Source: Sphaerochaeta sp.
GTDB lineage: Bacteria; Spirochaetota; Spirochaetia; Sphaerochaetales; Sphaerochaetaceae
DNA length: 64,000 nucleotides
Direction of reading: 5' to 3'
NCBI GenBank assembly: GCA_048264225.1
Contig: JBLXDK010000002.1
Location: 9,848 to 73,847, forward strand
Position numbers and translations under genes: made by a program. The notes below the pieces were generated by a model. The model searched no databases. It had not been told where the DNA came from and was given only the letters and a program-made list of their open reading frames with translations. Below are positions 33,813 through 41,912 of this stretch, one piece after another. Numbering within the stretch: position 1 is the first letter of the stretch; each line of letters starts with the position of its first letter.

Positions 33813-34811
33813 ATGCTTATTGGAATGACCTATGACCTCAAAGACGACTACCTCGCGGCGGGATACCCCCCCGAGGCAGTCGCTGAGTTTGACAGTTTGA
33901 TAACTATCAATGCCATTGATGACTCTCTCAGGCTGCTTGGCTATGAGACGCTCCGTATTGGGAACATCAAGGCCCTGGTAGCCTATCTTGCCCAGGGCAA
34001 TCGATGCGACCTGGTGTTCAACATAGCAGAAGGCTTGCATGGCCTCTGTCGTGAAGCACAGATCCCCGCCCTGCTCGACGCCTATGAGATTCCCTATGTG
34101 TTCTCTGATTCCCACATCCTTGCCCTCACCCTGCACAAGGGGATGACCAAGGCTGTGGTCAGGGAGCAAGGGGTGCCTACTCCTGACTATTATGTGATCC
34201 ATGACGAGCAAGATATTGGGGGGGGCGCACTGCCGTATCCCTTGTTTCTCAAACCCATAGGGGGTGGGACAGGAATGGGTATCAGTGCCAACTCAATTGT
34301 CAGGGACGAGCTTGCCCTTTCCCATGTTGCTAAAATCCTTCTTGCTGAGTTCAAGCAACCAGTTTTGGTGGAGACCTACCTTGAAGGACGGGAGTTTACT
34401 GTCGGGATAACTGGAACCAGAGATCTTGCAAGGACAACAGCTGTAATGGAGATTGTCGTAGATCCTTCCTGTGATCTGGGCGTCTACTCCTACAAGACCA
34501 AGCAGGAGTACCTGGAGTTTGCAAAGTATCATCTTGTTGAGGGTGAGGTGGCCACTGAGTGTGAAAAAGTAGCACTTGCAGCCTGGAATGCCCTCGGTTG
34601 TCGTGACGGCGGACGCATCGATGTGAAGATGGATGGTCAGGGTAGGGTGAACTTTTTGGAAGTGAATCCCCTTGCCGGCTTGAATCCTGTTGATTCAGAC
34701 CTCCCCATCCTCTGTCGGAAGGCAGGGATAGGCTATCACGAACTGATAACCCGGATAATGGATTCTGCCATCCTACGCATCGGGAAGGCTTCGATCAAAT
34801 GCATATCCTGA
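33813..34811 (+). CDS. ATP-grasp ligase, D-alanine--D-alanine ligase (Ddl)-like family (ligase 1)
   Basis: The ORF is 33684..34811. The realistic start is the ATG at 33813, 1 nt after the kamA stop (MLIGMTYDLKDDYLAAGY...). ATP-grasp motifs are ...LFLKPIGGGTGMGI... and ...RIDVKMDGQGRVNFLEVNPLAGL (E-x-N). Confidence 0.8.
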   Translation: MLIGMTYDLKDDYLAAGYPPEAVAEFDSLITINAIDDSLRLLGYETLRIGNIKALVAYLAQGNRCDLVFNIAEGLHGLCREAQIPALLDAYEIPYVFSDSHILALTLHKGMTKAVVREQGVPTPDYYVIHDEQDIGGGALPYPLFLKPIGGGTGMGISANSIVRDELALSHVAKILLAEFKQPVLVETYLEGREFTVGITGTRDLARTTAVMEIVVDPSCDLGVYSYKTKQEYLEFAKYHLVEGEVATECEKVALAAWNALGCRDGGRIDVKMDGQGRVNFLEVNPLAGLNPVDSDLPILCRKAGIGYHELITRIMDSAILRIGKASIKCIS

Positions 34812-35752
34812 TCGTAACGGACAAGCTTTCCAAAAATTCGACGAAAGACGAACTGGATACAGCTCTTGAAGTAAGACAGGTAGCCAAGGCCCTCAAAGCC
34901 CTTGGCCATGACGTATCACGACTGGACTTCTCCTTGAACCTGGAGAGGGTCAAGGAGAAGATCCTCTCTCTCGCCCCTGATAGTATCTTCAACCTTGTGG
35001 AGACCCTGGAAGGTTGCCGCCTTCTCCATCTCGCCCCTGTCCTGTTCGAAACGATGGGGTTCCGATATACAGGGGGAAACAGCCATGGGATGATGAGCTC
35101 TTCGGACAAGCTGTTTTCCAAACGCCTAATGCACAAGGAAGGGCTTCCTACACCCCCTTGGCTTGAAGAGTGTTCCAGTGCCCTTCTCTCTCGATTTTTA
35201 GGCATTCCCCTTATCATCAAGCCAGTGGCTGAGGAGGCATCAGTAGGGATTACCGATGCCTCAGTGCAGACTTTTCATGATGAATCCTCCCTCAAGGAAG
35301 CCCTTGCAGGAAAGTCTCTCTTTGCGGAGATCTTCATACAGGGGCGTGAATTCAGTGTTTCCCTTCTCTCTGTTGATGGGGAGACGATGACCTTTGACCC
35401 TGCTGAGATGCTCTTTATCGATTACCCCAGTGATAAGCCGGCTATCGTTGGGTATGAGGCGAAGTGGGAGGAGTCCTCCTTCGAGTATATTCATACCCAA
35501 CGAACGTTCTCCTTTTCTCCCTCTGATGAGCCCTTGCTTATGACGCTGAAAGAACTGAGCCGCAAAGCATTCCTTCTCTTCGGAGGAAGGGGCTATGCCA
35601 GGGTTGATTTTCGTGTTGACCAGTGGGGTGATCCCTTCATCCTTGAAGTGAACCTCAACCCCTGTATCGCCCAGGATAGCGGCTTTGTCGCAGCGGCCGA
35701 GCGCTCTGGCCTTACCTATGAGCAGATGATCGCCATGATCGTCAAAGGCTGA
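34799..35752 (+). CDS. ATP-grasp ligase, Ddl-like family (ligase 2)
   Basis: ORF track, 317 aa. It overlaps ligase 1 by 13 nt. Motifs are ...LIIKPVAEEASVGI..., ...FIQGREFSV... and ...YARVDFRVDQWGDPFILEVNLNPCI. It is a paralogue of 36708..37685. Confidence 0.8.
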   Translation: MHILIVTDKLSKNSTKDELDTALEVRQVAKALKALGHDVSRLDFSLNLERVKEKILSLAPDSIFNLVETLEGCRLLHLAPVLFETMGFRYTGGNSHGMMSSSDKLFSKRLMHKEGLPTPPWLEECSSALLSRFLGIPLIIKPVAEEASVGITDASVQTFHDESSLKEALAGKSLFAEIFIQGREFSVSLLSVDGETMTFDPAEMLFIDYPSDKPAIVGYEAKWEESSFEYIHTQRTFSFSPSDEPLLMTLKELSRKAFLLFGGRGYARVDFRVDQWGDPFILEVNLNPCIAQDSGFVAAAERSGLTYEQMIAMIVKG

Positions 35753-35756
35753 CCCT

Positions 35757-36239
35757 ATGGAAACCTATACCTTCAGAGAAAAACCTCTCCAGACCGATAT
35801 CCAGAGCATAGCTACAATACTCAATACATCCGGCTTCTTCAACAAAGAGGAGCAGGATGTGGGGGTATCGCTTGTCCGCGAACGCCTTGAGCAAGGGGAA
35901 AGTTGCGAATACTTCTTCCAATTTGCCGAGGTTGAACGATCAGTGCGAGGGTATACCTGCTTCGGCCCCATCCCTGGAACCAAGAGCAGCTTTGACCTCT
36001 ATTGGATAGCGGTCGACACCACCTACCGAGGTCAGGGGCTTGGAACCTTGCTGCTGAGGCAGACTGAACAGGAGATAGAGAGACGTGGAGGGACCAGAAT
36101 CTATATCGAGACCTCATCAAGTGACCTCTATGTGCCTACACGATCTTTTTACGAACGCAACAACTATCATCTGGAGGCAGAACTGAAGGATTACTATGCC
36201 CCCAACGACAACAAGCTCATCTATGTGAAGGCTTGGTAG
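35757..36239 (+). CDS. GNAT-family N-acetyltransferase (GNAT-1)
   Basis: ORF track, 160 aa. The acetyl-CoA site reads ...IAVDTTYRGQGLGTLLLRQTEQEIERRG... It starts 4 nt after ligase 2. Confidence 0.8.
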   Translation: METYTFREKPLQTDIQSIATILNTSGFFNKEEQDVGVSLVRERLEQGESCEYFFQFAEVERSVRGYTCFGPIPGTKSSFDLYWIAVDTTYRGQGLGTLLLRQTEQEIERRGGTRIYIETSSSDLYVPTRSFYERNNYHLEAELKDYYAPNDNKLIYVKAW

Positions 36240-36248
36240 GAAGAGAGC

Positions 36249-36707
36249 ATGTCCACTATTGTTGCTTATCAGCATGACGAGAAAATCTTGGATTTCGAGG
36301 GAGTGACAACCTTAGTCCAAAAACAGATGGCCTTCATAGGCTATAGCCAAAGCAGGGACGAGGTTAGTGCAGAAATTCGAAACTCCATGAAAGATGATAG
36401 CCGGTCAGTCCTGTTTGTCGCCTATGAGGAGGATGGGTCTGCCATGGGGTTTGCCTATGGGAACATCTGCTGTGGCTTGGAGACACGTGGGGACTATTTC
36501 TGGTTGAACGAGCTCTATGTCTCGAAGGAGTGTCGGAAACAGGGGCTTGGTTCAGAGCTGTTGGAGTATGTCCAGACTTGGTCCAAAGCGCAGGGCTGTC
36601 TCTATGTTGCGATGGTCACCCATCCTACAAATGCGAAAGCCCAAGATCTCTATAGGGATATGGACTTTGAGTTGGAATCGTTGGTCTGGGTTGACAAATA
36701 CCTCTGA
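36249..36707 (+). CDS. GNAT-family N-acetyltransferase (GNAT-2)
   Basis: ORF track, 152 aa. The core reads ...LYVSKECRKQGLGSELLEYVQTWSKAQG... It starts 9 nt after GNAT-1. Its stop codon directly abuts the stop of the convergent ligase 3. Confidence 0.8.
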   Translation: MSTIVAYQHDEKILDFEGVTTLVQKQMAFIGYSQSRDEVSAEIRNSMKDDSRSVLFVAYEEDGSAMGFAYGNICCGLETRGDYFWLNELYVSKECRKQGLGSELLEYVQTWSKAQGCLYVAMVTHPTNAKAQDLYRDMDFELESLVWVDKYL

Positions 36708-37685
36708 CTAGCACCCTTGTTCGACAATATCTTGTACCAGATCATCAAAGGAGAAGCCTCCTTCGAGGGCCAGATGATAGAAGCCATAGAAACTGGGGTT
36801 GCAATTCACCTCCAACACCCAGGGCTTTCCCGTCTCGTCAAGTCGGAAGTCTACCCTGGCATATCCGGTAAGAGAGAAGGCGCTCCAACACTTTAGGGCA
36901 ATCTCGGATAGCTTCTCCAGGAGAGGGAGATCTGAAGCATCGGCATGGTACTTTGCCACTATATGTTCATATCCAAATGAGTTTTCAGTCCATTTTGCAT
37001 CATAGGTGATGATCTTCTCCTTCTGATGTTCCTCATACCCTTGGAATACCCATTCATAAGGAGTGAGGACAGTACAGCTCTCACGTGTTCCATACATGCA
37101 GGCGGTAAACTCCCTGCCTTCAATGAAGGCCTCTGCGAAGCAGGGTGTGTGTAAAGCCTCTTCCTTGGCTTCCAATTTCTCAACAACTGTTTCTGAGCTG
37201 ACTATGGAGCTTTCATCAAGGCCTATGGAGGCATCCTCTGATGTGGGTTTGATTATATAGCGCGTGATGGACGTATCTTTTAGGGCATCTGTCTCGTTTT
37301 TGCAGACCCACGGCGGGGTGGCAATCCCAGCTGAGCTGAGAACTCGCTTTGCCAGCATCTTGTTGGTAGTCACAAACAGGTTTTGCAGGGTGCACCCCGT
37401 ATAGGGGAGCCCCAGATGTTCAAGCAAGCCTGGTACCAGATAGGCTAGGTTCTCCTCTCCTGGGGCCGAGTCTACCAGGTTGAATACCAGTTTGGGATTG
37501 TCTTCTTTCGCTGTTGCAATGGCCGAGAGGGCATCAAGGGAAAAGGGAACCAAAAGGGTTTTGTATCCCTTTTCGTGCAGAATTTCCGCAATCCATTTGG
37601 CTTGTCTCTCTATATCGAGGACATCCTCAGGACTGGAGGGAATGATCTGGTTGTGTAGTACGATGATAGTGTGCTTTGTATGCAT
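36708..37685 (-). CDS. ATP-grasp ligase, Ddl-like family (ligase 3)
   Basis: ORF track, 325 aa. Motifs are ...YIIKPTSEDASIGL..., ...FIEGREFTA... and ...YARVDFRLDETGKPWVLEVNCNPSF. It is colinear with ligase 2 by eye. Confidence 0.8.
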   Translation of the reverse strand: MHTKHTIIVLHNQIIPSSPEDVLDIERQAKWIAEILHEKGYKTLLVPFSLDALSAIATAKEDNPKLVFNLVDSAPGEENLAYLVPGLLEHLGLPYTGCTLQNLFVTTNKMLAKRVLSSAGIATPPWVCKNETDALKDTSITRYIIKPTSEDASIGLDESSIVSSETVVEKLEAKEEALHTPCFAEAFIEGREFTACMYGTRESCTVLTPYEWVFQGYEEHQKEKIITYDAKWTENSFGYEHIVAKYHADASDLPLLEKLSEIALKCWSAFSLTGYARVDFRLDETGKPWVLEVNCNPSFYGFYHLALEGGFSFDDLVQDIVEQGC

Positions 37686-37833
37686 GATAACCTTATAGGA
37701 AGGGTGTCTGGATAGCTACATAGTTCGCTTCTAGGGCTGTTTTGTCAACTGGAGCAGAAGGGAAACCAAGAAAGAATAGGTACTTGGTCCAGCTACTCTT
37801 CCTAGTGAGGAGTCTTTTGCCGTATTGGTCTTA

Positions 37834-38895
37834 TCACCGAAGGCTGGAAAGAGATTTCCCCAGATATTCCATGTCATGTTTCCCATAGCGCTGGTCTATC
37901 TGGACACTGGCAATGTGGTCATAGATCCACGCAGCATGAGGCATCTGTTCAGGATGTCTCAGCATAGGGGGCTGTGGCCAATAGACTGTACTTCTGATTC
38001 CCATTGTTTCGAGTTGCTTCTGTACCTGTTCCCTATCATTGCTGTAAAAACAGAAATGACTTGGACAGCTAGCATCATCGAGCGATGGAAAAACGGCCCT
38101 ACACCGATCTGATTGAAGGAGATTGTCCAGTACGGTCTGATAGTTGCTTCTTCTTCTTTCAAACAAGGATTTGGAATTGTAGTGTGTGATGATATCCTCT
38201 GACCTTGCATCACCTTGGAAGACATCAAACATCTTTCGTAGGCTCATCTCTGTCTTCCAGAACACTTCAGATGCTTGTCTGTCATAAGCGTTGTCGCCAG
38301 TATCCAGAGCATCCTGCCTGTACTGCATGGCAATGTAGCGCCCCTTGAGGTGAGCCTCCTCGGATGGGAGCATGGGGAAGGTGAAGGAGCCCTCCCTGCG
38401 GATGGCGATACCTCCTGAGGCTATTCCCATCCACTTGCGTACACTACCCGCATAATAGTCGGCATCGGCAGAGTGTCCATCGAGAGAGAATATGCTGTGC
38501 GTAGTGTCTTGTAGGACTGTCACTCCCTGTTCTTTTGCATAGCGTACAAACCCTTTGTCATAGGAACTGAATCCAAAATAGCCACATAAGCCTAGCACCG
38601 ATACGCCTTGCAGATCATTTTCCTTGAATAGGGGAGTCAGGCCCACCCTGTCCACATCATAGAAGCAGATGTCATACCCAGCCTTCTCATAGCTTGAGAG
38701 GACGGTCTCACAGGTATATGCCGGCACATAGGCTTTGTGCCCTGTATTGGTGGCACGTATCTCCTTGAGGCAAGCATAGAGGGCACAACGGCCGGACATA
38801 TAGTGTCTGGTATCGGTCCCAATGCCTTGGAGAAAGTGTGTTTCCCCTATTGTCTGCGGCTCAAGGGTGAACATGCCACCGATCCTATAGGTCAT
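37834..38895 (-). CDS. DegT/DnrJ/EryC1/StrS-like PLP-dependent enzyme (aminotransferase-fold)
   Basis: ORF track, 353 aa. It has an N-terminal ...SGRCALYACL..., and ...YAGSVRKWMGIASGGIAI resembles the S-x-x-K-x-x-G-x-x-GG Schiff-base lysine motif of the DegT family. This assignment is by motif only. Confidence 0.5.
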   Translation of the reverse strand: MTYRIGGMFTLEPQTIGETHFLQGIGTDTRHYMSGRCALYACLKEIRATNTGHKAYVPAYTCETVLSSYEKAGYDICFYDVDRVGLTPLFKENDLQGVSVLGLCGYFGFSSYDKGFVRYAKEQGVTVLQDTTHSIFSLDGHSADADYYAGSVRKWMGIASGGIAIRREGSFTFPMLPSEEAHLKGRYIAMQYRQDALDTGDNAYDRQASEVFWKTEMSLRKMFDVFQGDARSEDIITHYNSKSLFERRRSNYQTVLDNLLQSDRCRAVFPSLDDASCPSHFCFYSNDREQVQKQLETMGIRSTVYWPQPPMLRHPEQMPHAAWIYDHIASVQIDQRYGKHDMEYLGKSLSSLR

Positions 38896-38896
38896 G

Positions 38897-39973
38897 TCAG
38901 AAACTCCTGATCACCGTTTCATTCAAACTTTGAATGATTTCAACGGCGAGCTTTACACTATTTTGGACATCACTGTAGGAACAAATTCCATAATGGGTAT
39001 GCACATAGCGTACAGGGACTCCAATGACAATTGCAGGAATGCCAGCATTGGAGAGGTGAATAGGTGCCCCATTGGTCGCTCCAGCGCTTCTGACTGCCTC
39101 CTGTACGGGAATACCATGCTTTGTTGCGAGATCCAGGGCGAAGCGTTGGAATCGGGGGTTTGTGATCATCCTGGCATCGATATGCCTAAGCATAGGGCCC
39201 TTCTTTATGCAAGTCTGGGCTTGGTAGGCTGGTACTACCGTGTCATCAGCAGGACAACCCTCAAAGACAATGGCTATATCAGCCTTAATGGTATTGGCGC
39301 TGACAATAGAGCCTCTGGTTCCTACCTCTTCCTGGCTGGAGAAGTCCCCAACAAGGTTGACATCCAAGGGTTTCCCTCTCAGTTCTTCCAAGGTAGCAAG
39401 GACTGATGCACATCCGATTCTACAGTCAAAAGCCTTGCCTATCAGGATGTCATGCTTTTCATCATAGGTACAGTTGACATCAGGTACTACCGGGGCGGCG
39501 ATTCCTACTTTGTAGTGAGTAATAACCTCATCAGCGTCGCTTGCCCCGATGTCGATGACCAGACTGGAAATCTCCAGAGAAGCTTTCTTTTCAGCTTCAC
39601 TCATGAAGTGAGGAGGTTTGCTGGCGACCACGCCGGTAATATACTCGCCCTCCTGGTTCCTGACTCTGACCAGATGGGCCGGGACGTTTGTAGGGATCCA
39701 GCCTCCGATGGTGATGAACTCGAGCATCCCGTCAGGACGGATTGCCTTTACCATGAATCCGACTTCATCTGTATGGGCATTGAGTTGGACGGTACACCGG
39801 CCATCCTTGTTCCCTTCCCGATAGAGATAGAGGTTCCGTATGCTGTCCTCAGCAAACTTGCCCAAACCCTTGCCCTCGTCACGCAAGACTGTGAGAACAT
39901 CGTCCTCAAAGCCACTGATGCCGTTGGCATCACTGATCCTCTTGATATATCCGATTGTACGTTGTGTATTCAT
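38897..39973 (-). CDS. M42-family metallo-aminopeptidase (FrvX/YpdE/PepA-like)
   Basis: ORF track, 358 aa. Motifs are ...LNAHTDEVGFMVKAI..., ...GKAFDCRIGCA... and ...SSQEEVGTRGS... Confidence 0.85.
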   Translation of the reverse strand: MNTQRTIGYIKRISDANGISGFEDDVLTVLRDEGKGLGKFAEDSIRNLYLYREGNKDGRCTVQLNAHTDEVGFMVKAIRPDGMLEFITIGGWIPTNVPAHLVRVRNQEGEYITGVVASKPPHFMSEAEKKASLEISSLVIDIGASDADEVITHYKVGIAAPVVPDVNCTYDEKHDILIGKAFDCRIGCASVLATLEELRGKPLDVNLVGDFSSQEEVGTRGSIVSANTIKADIAIVFEGCPADDTVVPAYQAQTCIKKGPMLRHIDARMITNPRFQRFALDLATKHGIPVQEAVRSAGATNGAPIHLSNAGIPAIVIGVPVRYVHTHYGICSYSDVQNSVKLAVEIIQSLNETVIRSF

Positions 39974-40246
39974 CTACAGCTCTACCTTTTCAAATTCTTC
40001 TATACAAGCGACTACATAAGCCGCCATAGCATTCAGCATCTCAGTTCCCCACTCAACTGTGGTGTATTTGGGATGGTCGGATCCGACTCACCCATTGTCA
40101 GTGACATGGTTGGTCAGTCTGGGTATGGTGATCTCTTTGGGCTTCACGGTATTGAAACCGGATGCTTTGAAGGCTTCACTCACATCTTTCAATTTCGGGG
40201 TGTGGTCAATCTCATTCCTATCGATGAGCTTTGGGTCTAGGGCCAT
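39974..40246 (-). other. 90-codon ORF interrupted by one in-frame TGA (40088..40090): either a nonsense pseudogene or a candidate Sec-recoded gene
   Basis: My own translation from the ATG at 40246 gives MALDPKLIDRNEIDHTPKLKDVSEAFKASGFNTVKPKEITIPRLTNHVTDNG. A TGA follows. The same frame continues VGSDHPKYTTVEWGTEMLNAMAAYVVACIEEFEKVEL and ends in a TAG abutting the M42 ATG (ctgTAGATG). It is not in the ORF track because each half is under 60 aa. Confidence 0.4.
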
Positions 40247-40279
40247 GACAGCAAACTCTCATCCGAACCACTAGGGATT

Positions 40280-40309
40280 GCAAAGAGCCGGAAATTTCCA
40301 GCTCTTTGC
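40280..40309 (-). terminator. Stem-loop downstream of the peptide-binding protein gene (possible partial terminator or RNA-stability element)
   Basis: The 9-bp arms are gcaaagagc / gctctttgc, and inner pairs extend the stem to about 13 bp. It lies 30 nt after the stop at 40339. No clear U-tract follows on the minus strand. Confidence 0.35.
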
Positions 40310-40338
40310 CTGTTTAGCTCTTATGCTAGATAGAAGCC

Positions 40339-41868
40339 TTACTTGGCTACTGTAACCCCTTCAAGCCTATGGTACCCAATAGGATCCAACACAAAGTTCT
40401 TCACCTTATTGCTGGCACCTGCGGTGATGGCTGTATAGATGATGGGAGCGTTGTTGGCTACTTCCTTCAGCTTGATAGCCAAATCCTTGTATGCAGCATC
40501 ACGGACCTTGGTGTCTGCACTGGTACGTCCAAGCATGACAAGACGGTCTACTTCAGGATCAGCAATGAAAGACCTGTTCCCTGGGGCCCCCTGCTGTGAG
40601 CTGTGCTCGAGGGAGTAGTAGGTGTAGTCAGCGTCTTTGGTTGAGGTTACCCAGCCAAAGTATCCCATGTCGTGTTCACCAGCTGTTGAACGGCTGATGA
40701 AGGTACCGAACTCCATGACCTCTACCTTACAGGTGATACCGATTTCTCTGAGCATCTCCTGGATAGCCTGACACATCTCAACCCTGCTCTGGTTGTTGTT
40801 TACCCACAAGGAGCAAGAGAAGCCATTGGGATAGCCTGCTTCAGCAAGAAGTGCCTTGGCTTTTTCTGGGTTGTACTCCCACACACCGGTAGAGTAGTAA
40901 CCATATACTGCGGGGGCGATGATCTCATCGGCAGCAGCACCTGTGCCACTGTTGACAGTGTCGACAAGCAACTGGCGGTCAATAGCCATGTTGATGGCCT
41001 GGCGCACTTTCTGGTTGTCAAAAGGAGCCTTGCGCATGTTGAAGGAGATATAGAAGCAGGTCAAGGAAGGAGCTTCAAAAAGCGTGAGGGCCTTGTTTGC
41101 TGTTACACGCTTCAGATCCGATACCAGGATATCATAGGAGATGTCCAGTTCGCCTGTTTCCAGTGCAATAGTACGTTGGGCCGCCTCAGGAATTACTTTC
41201 ATCACCAGGTATTTTGTCTTTGGAGCACCCTGGAAATAGGCATCGAACGCTTCGAGCTTCACGTTGTCGCTTTGTGCCCAGGATACAAACTTGTAAGGGC
41301 CGCTTCCCACTGGCTTGGTCTTCAAGGCATCAGGATTGGCGCTTACATAGTCTTTCGGGACGATTGCGGCAAAGGGAACTGCAAGGTTACGTAGCGTCGG
41401 ACCATAAGGAGCTTTTGTTGTGACGACTACTGTGTAATCATCCTCAATCTTTACCTCTTTGATGAAGTCGACAATGTACGAGACAGAGGCACTTGCTATG
41501 GAGCGGTCAAGAGAGAACTTGACATCGTCAGCCTTGAGCTCCTCACCGTTATGGAATGTTATGCCTTTGCGAATGAAGAACCTGTAGGAAACGGGGGATA
41601 GCTGTTCCCATCTTTCCGCAATCTGGGGGATGATCTCACCAGTTTTGGGATCAGTGTCCACCAACGTATCGAAAATATGGTTGGTAACAGCTACCGCCGG
41701 GGTCTCTTTTCCCACATGCGGGTCGAAGGAAGTGACATCGGCACCCTGACCAAAGACGATAGTGTCCTTGAAGCCTGTCTCTGCTTGGGATGAGCTTTCC
41801 TTGGCCCCTCCAGCAAACATGATCGTGGTGCAGAGCAATGCGAGAAGTACAGTCAGAACTCTTTTCAT
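40339..41868 (-). CDS. Peptide/nickel ABC transporter substrate-binding protein (family 5, DppA/OppA-like)
   Basis: ORF track, 509 aa. It has a signal peptide with a possible lipobox (...LLALLCTT...) and typical SBP_bac_5 composition (...GQGADVTSFDPH...). Confidence 0.85.
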   Translation of the reverse strand: MKRVLTVLLALLCTTIMFAGGAKESSSQAETGFKDTIVFGQGADVTSFDPHVGKETPAVAVTNHIFDTLVDTDPKTGEIIPQIAERWEQLSPVSYRFFIRKGITFHNGEELKADDVKFSLDRSIASASVSYIVDFIKEVKIEDDYTVVVTTKAPYGPTLRNLAVPFAAIVPKDYVSANPDALKTKPVGSGPYKFVSWAQSDNVKLEAFDAYFQGAPKTKYLVMKVIPEAAQRTIALETGELDISYDILVSDLKRVTANKALTLFEAPSLTCFYISFNMRKAPFDNQKVRQAINMAIDRQLLVDTVNSGTGAAADEIIAPAVYGYYSTGVWEYNPEKAKALLAEAGYPNGFSCSLWVNNNQSRVEMCQAIQEMLREIGITCKVEVMEFGTFISRSTAGEHDMGYFGWVTSTKDADYTYYSLEHSSQQGAPGNRSFIADPEVDRLVMLGRTSADTKVRDAAYKDLAIKLKEVANNAPIIYTAITAGASNKVKNFVLDPIGYHRLEGVTVAK

Positions 41869-41912
41869 TTCTTTCTCCTATTTTCGAAGTCCCTACGGGC
41901 GGGAACAAACGA

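Noticed and set aside
40076-40087. The palindrome GTCGGATCCGAC after the in-frame TGA as a definite SECIS element.
   Set aside because: The stem is only 4-6 bp with a minimal loop. It contains a plain GGATCC site and lacks the longer stem and apical-loop features of characterised bacterial SECIS elements. I kept it only as a weak supporting observation in the TGA finding.
39452-40240. A 262-aa plus-strand ORF, one of many long antisense ORFs. Others are 5967..6611, 14615..15349, 17333..17872, 25768..26379, 33666..34211, 55187..55825 and 61858..62424.
   Set aside because: Each lies entirely opposite a gene with strong family motifs (M42 peptidase, FtsX permease, KtrB, ZnuA/C, pyruvate kinase, KamA/ligase, membrane protein, SBP). 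Their translations are low-complexity and motif-free. They are typical shadow ORFs.
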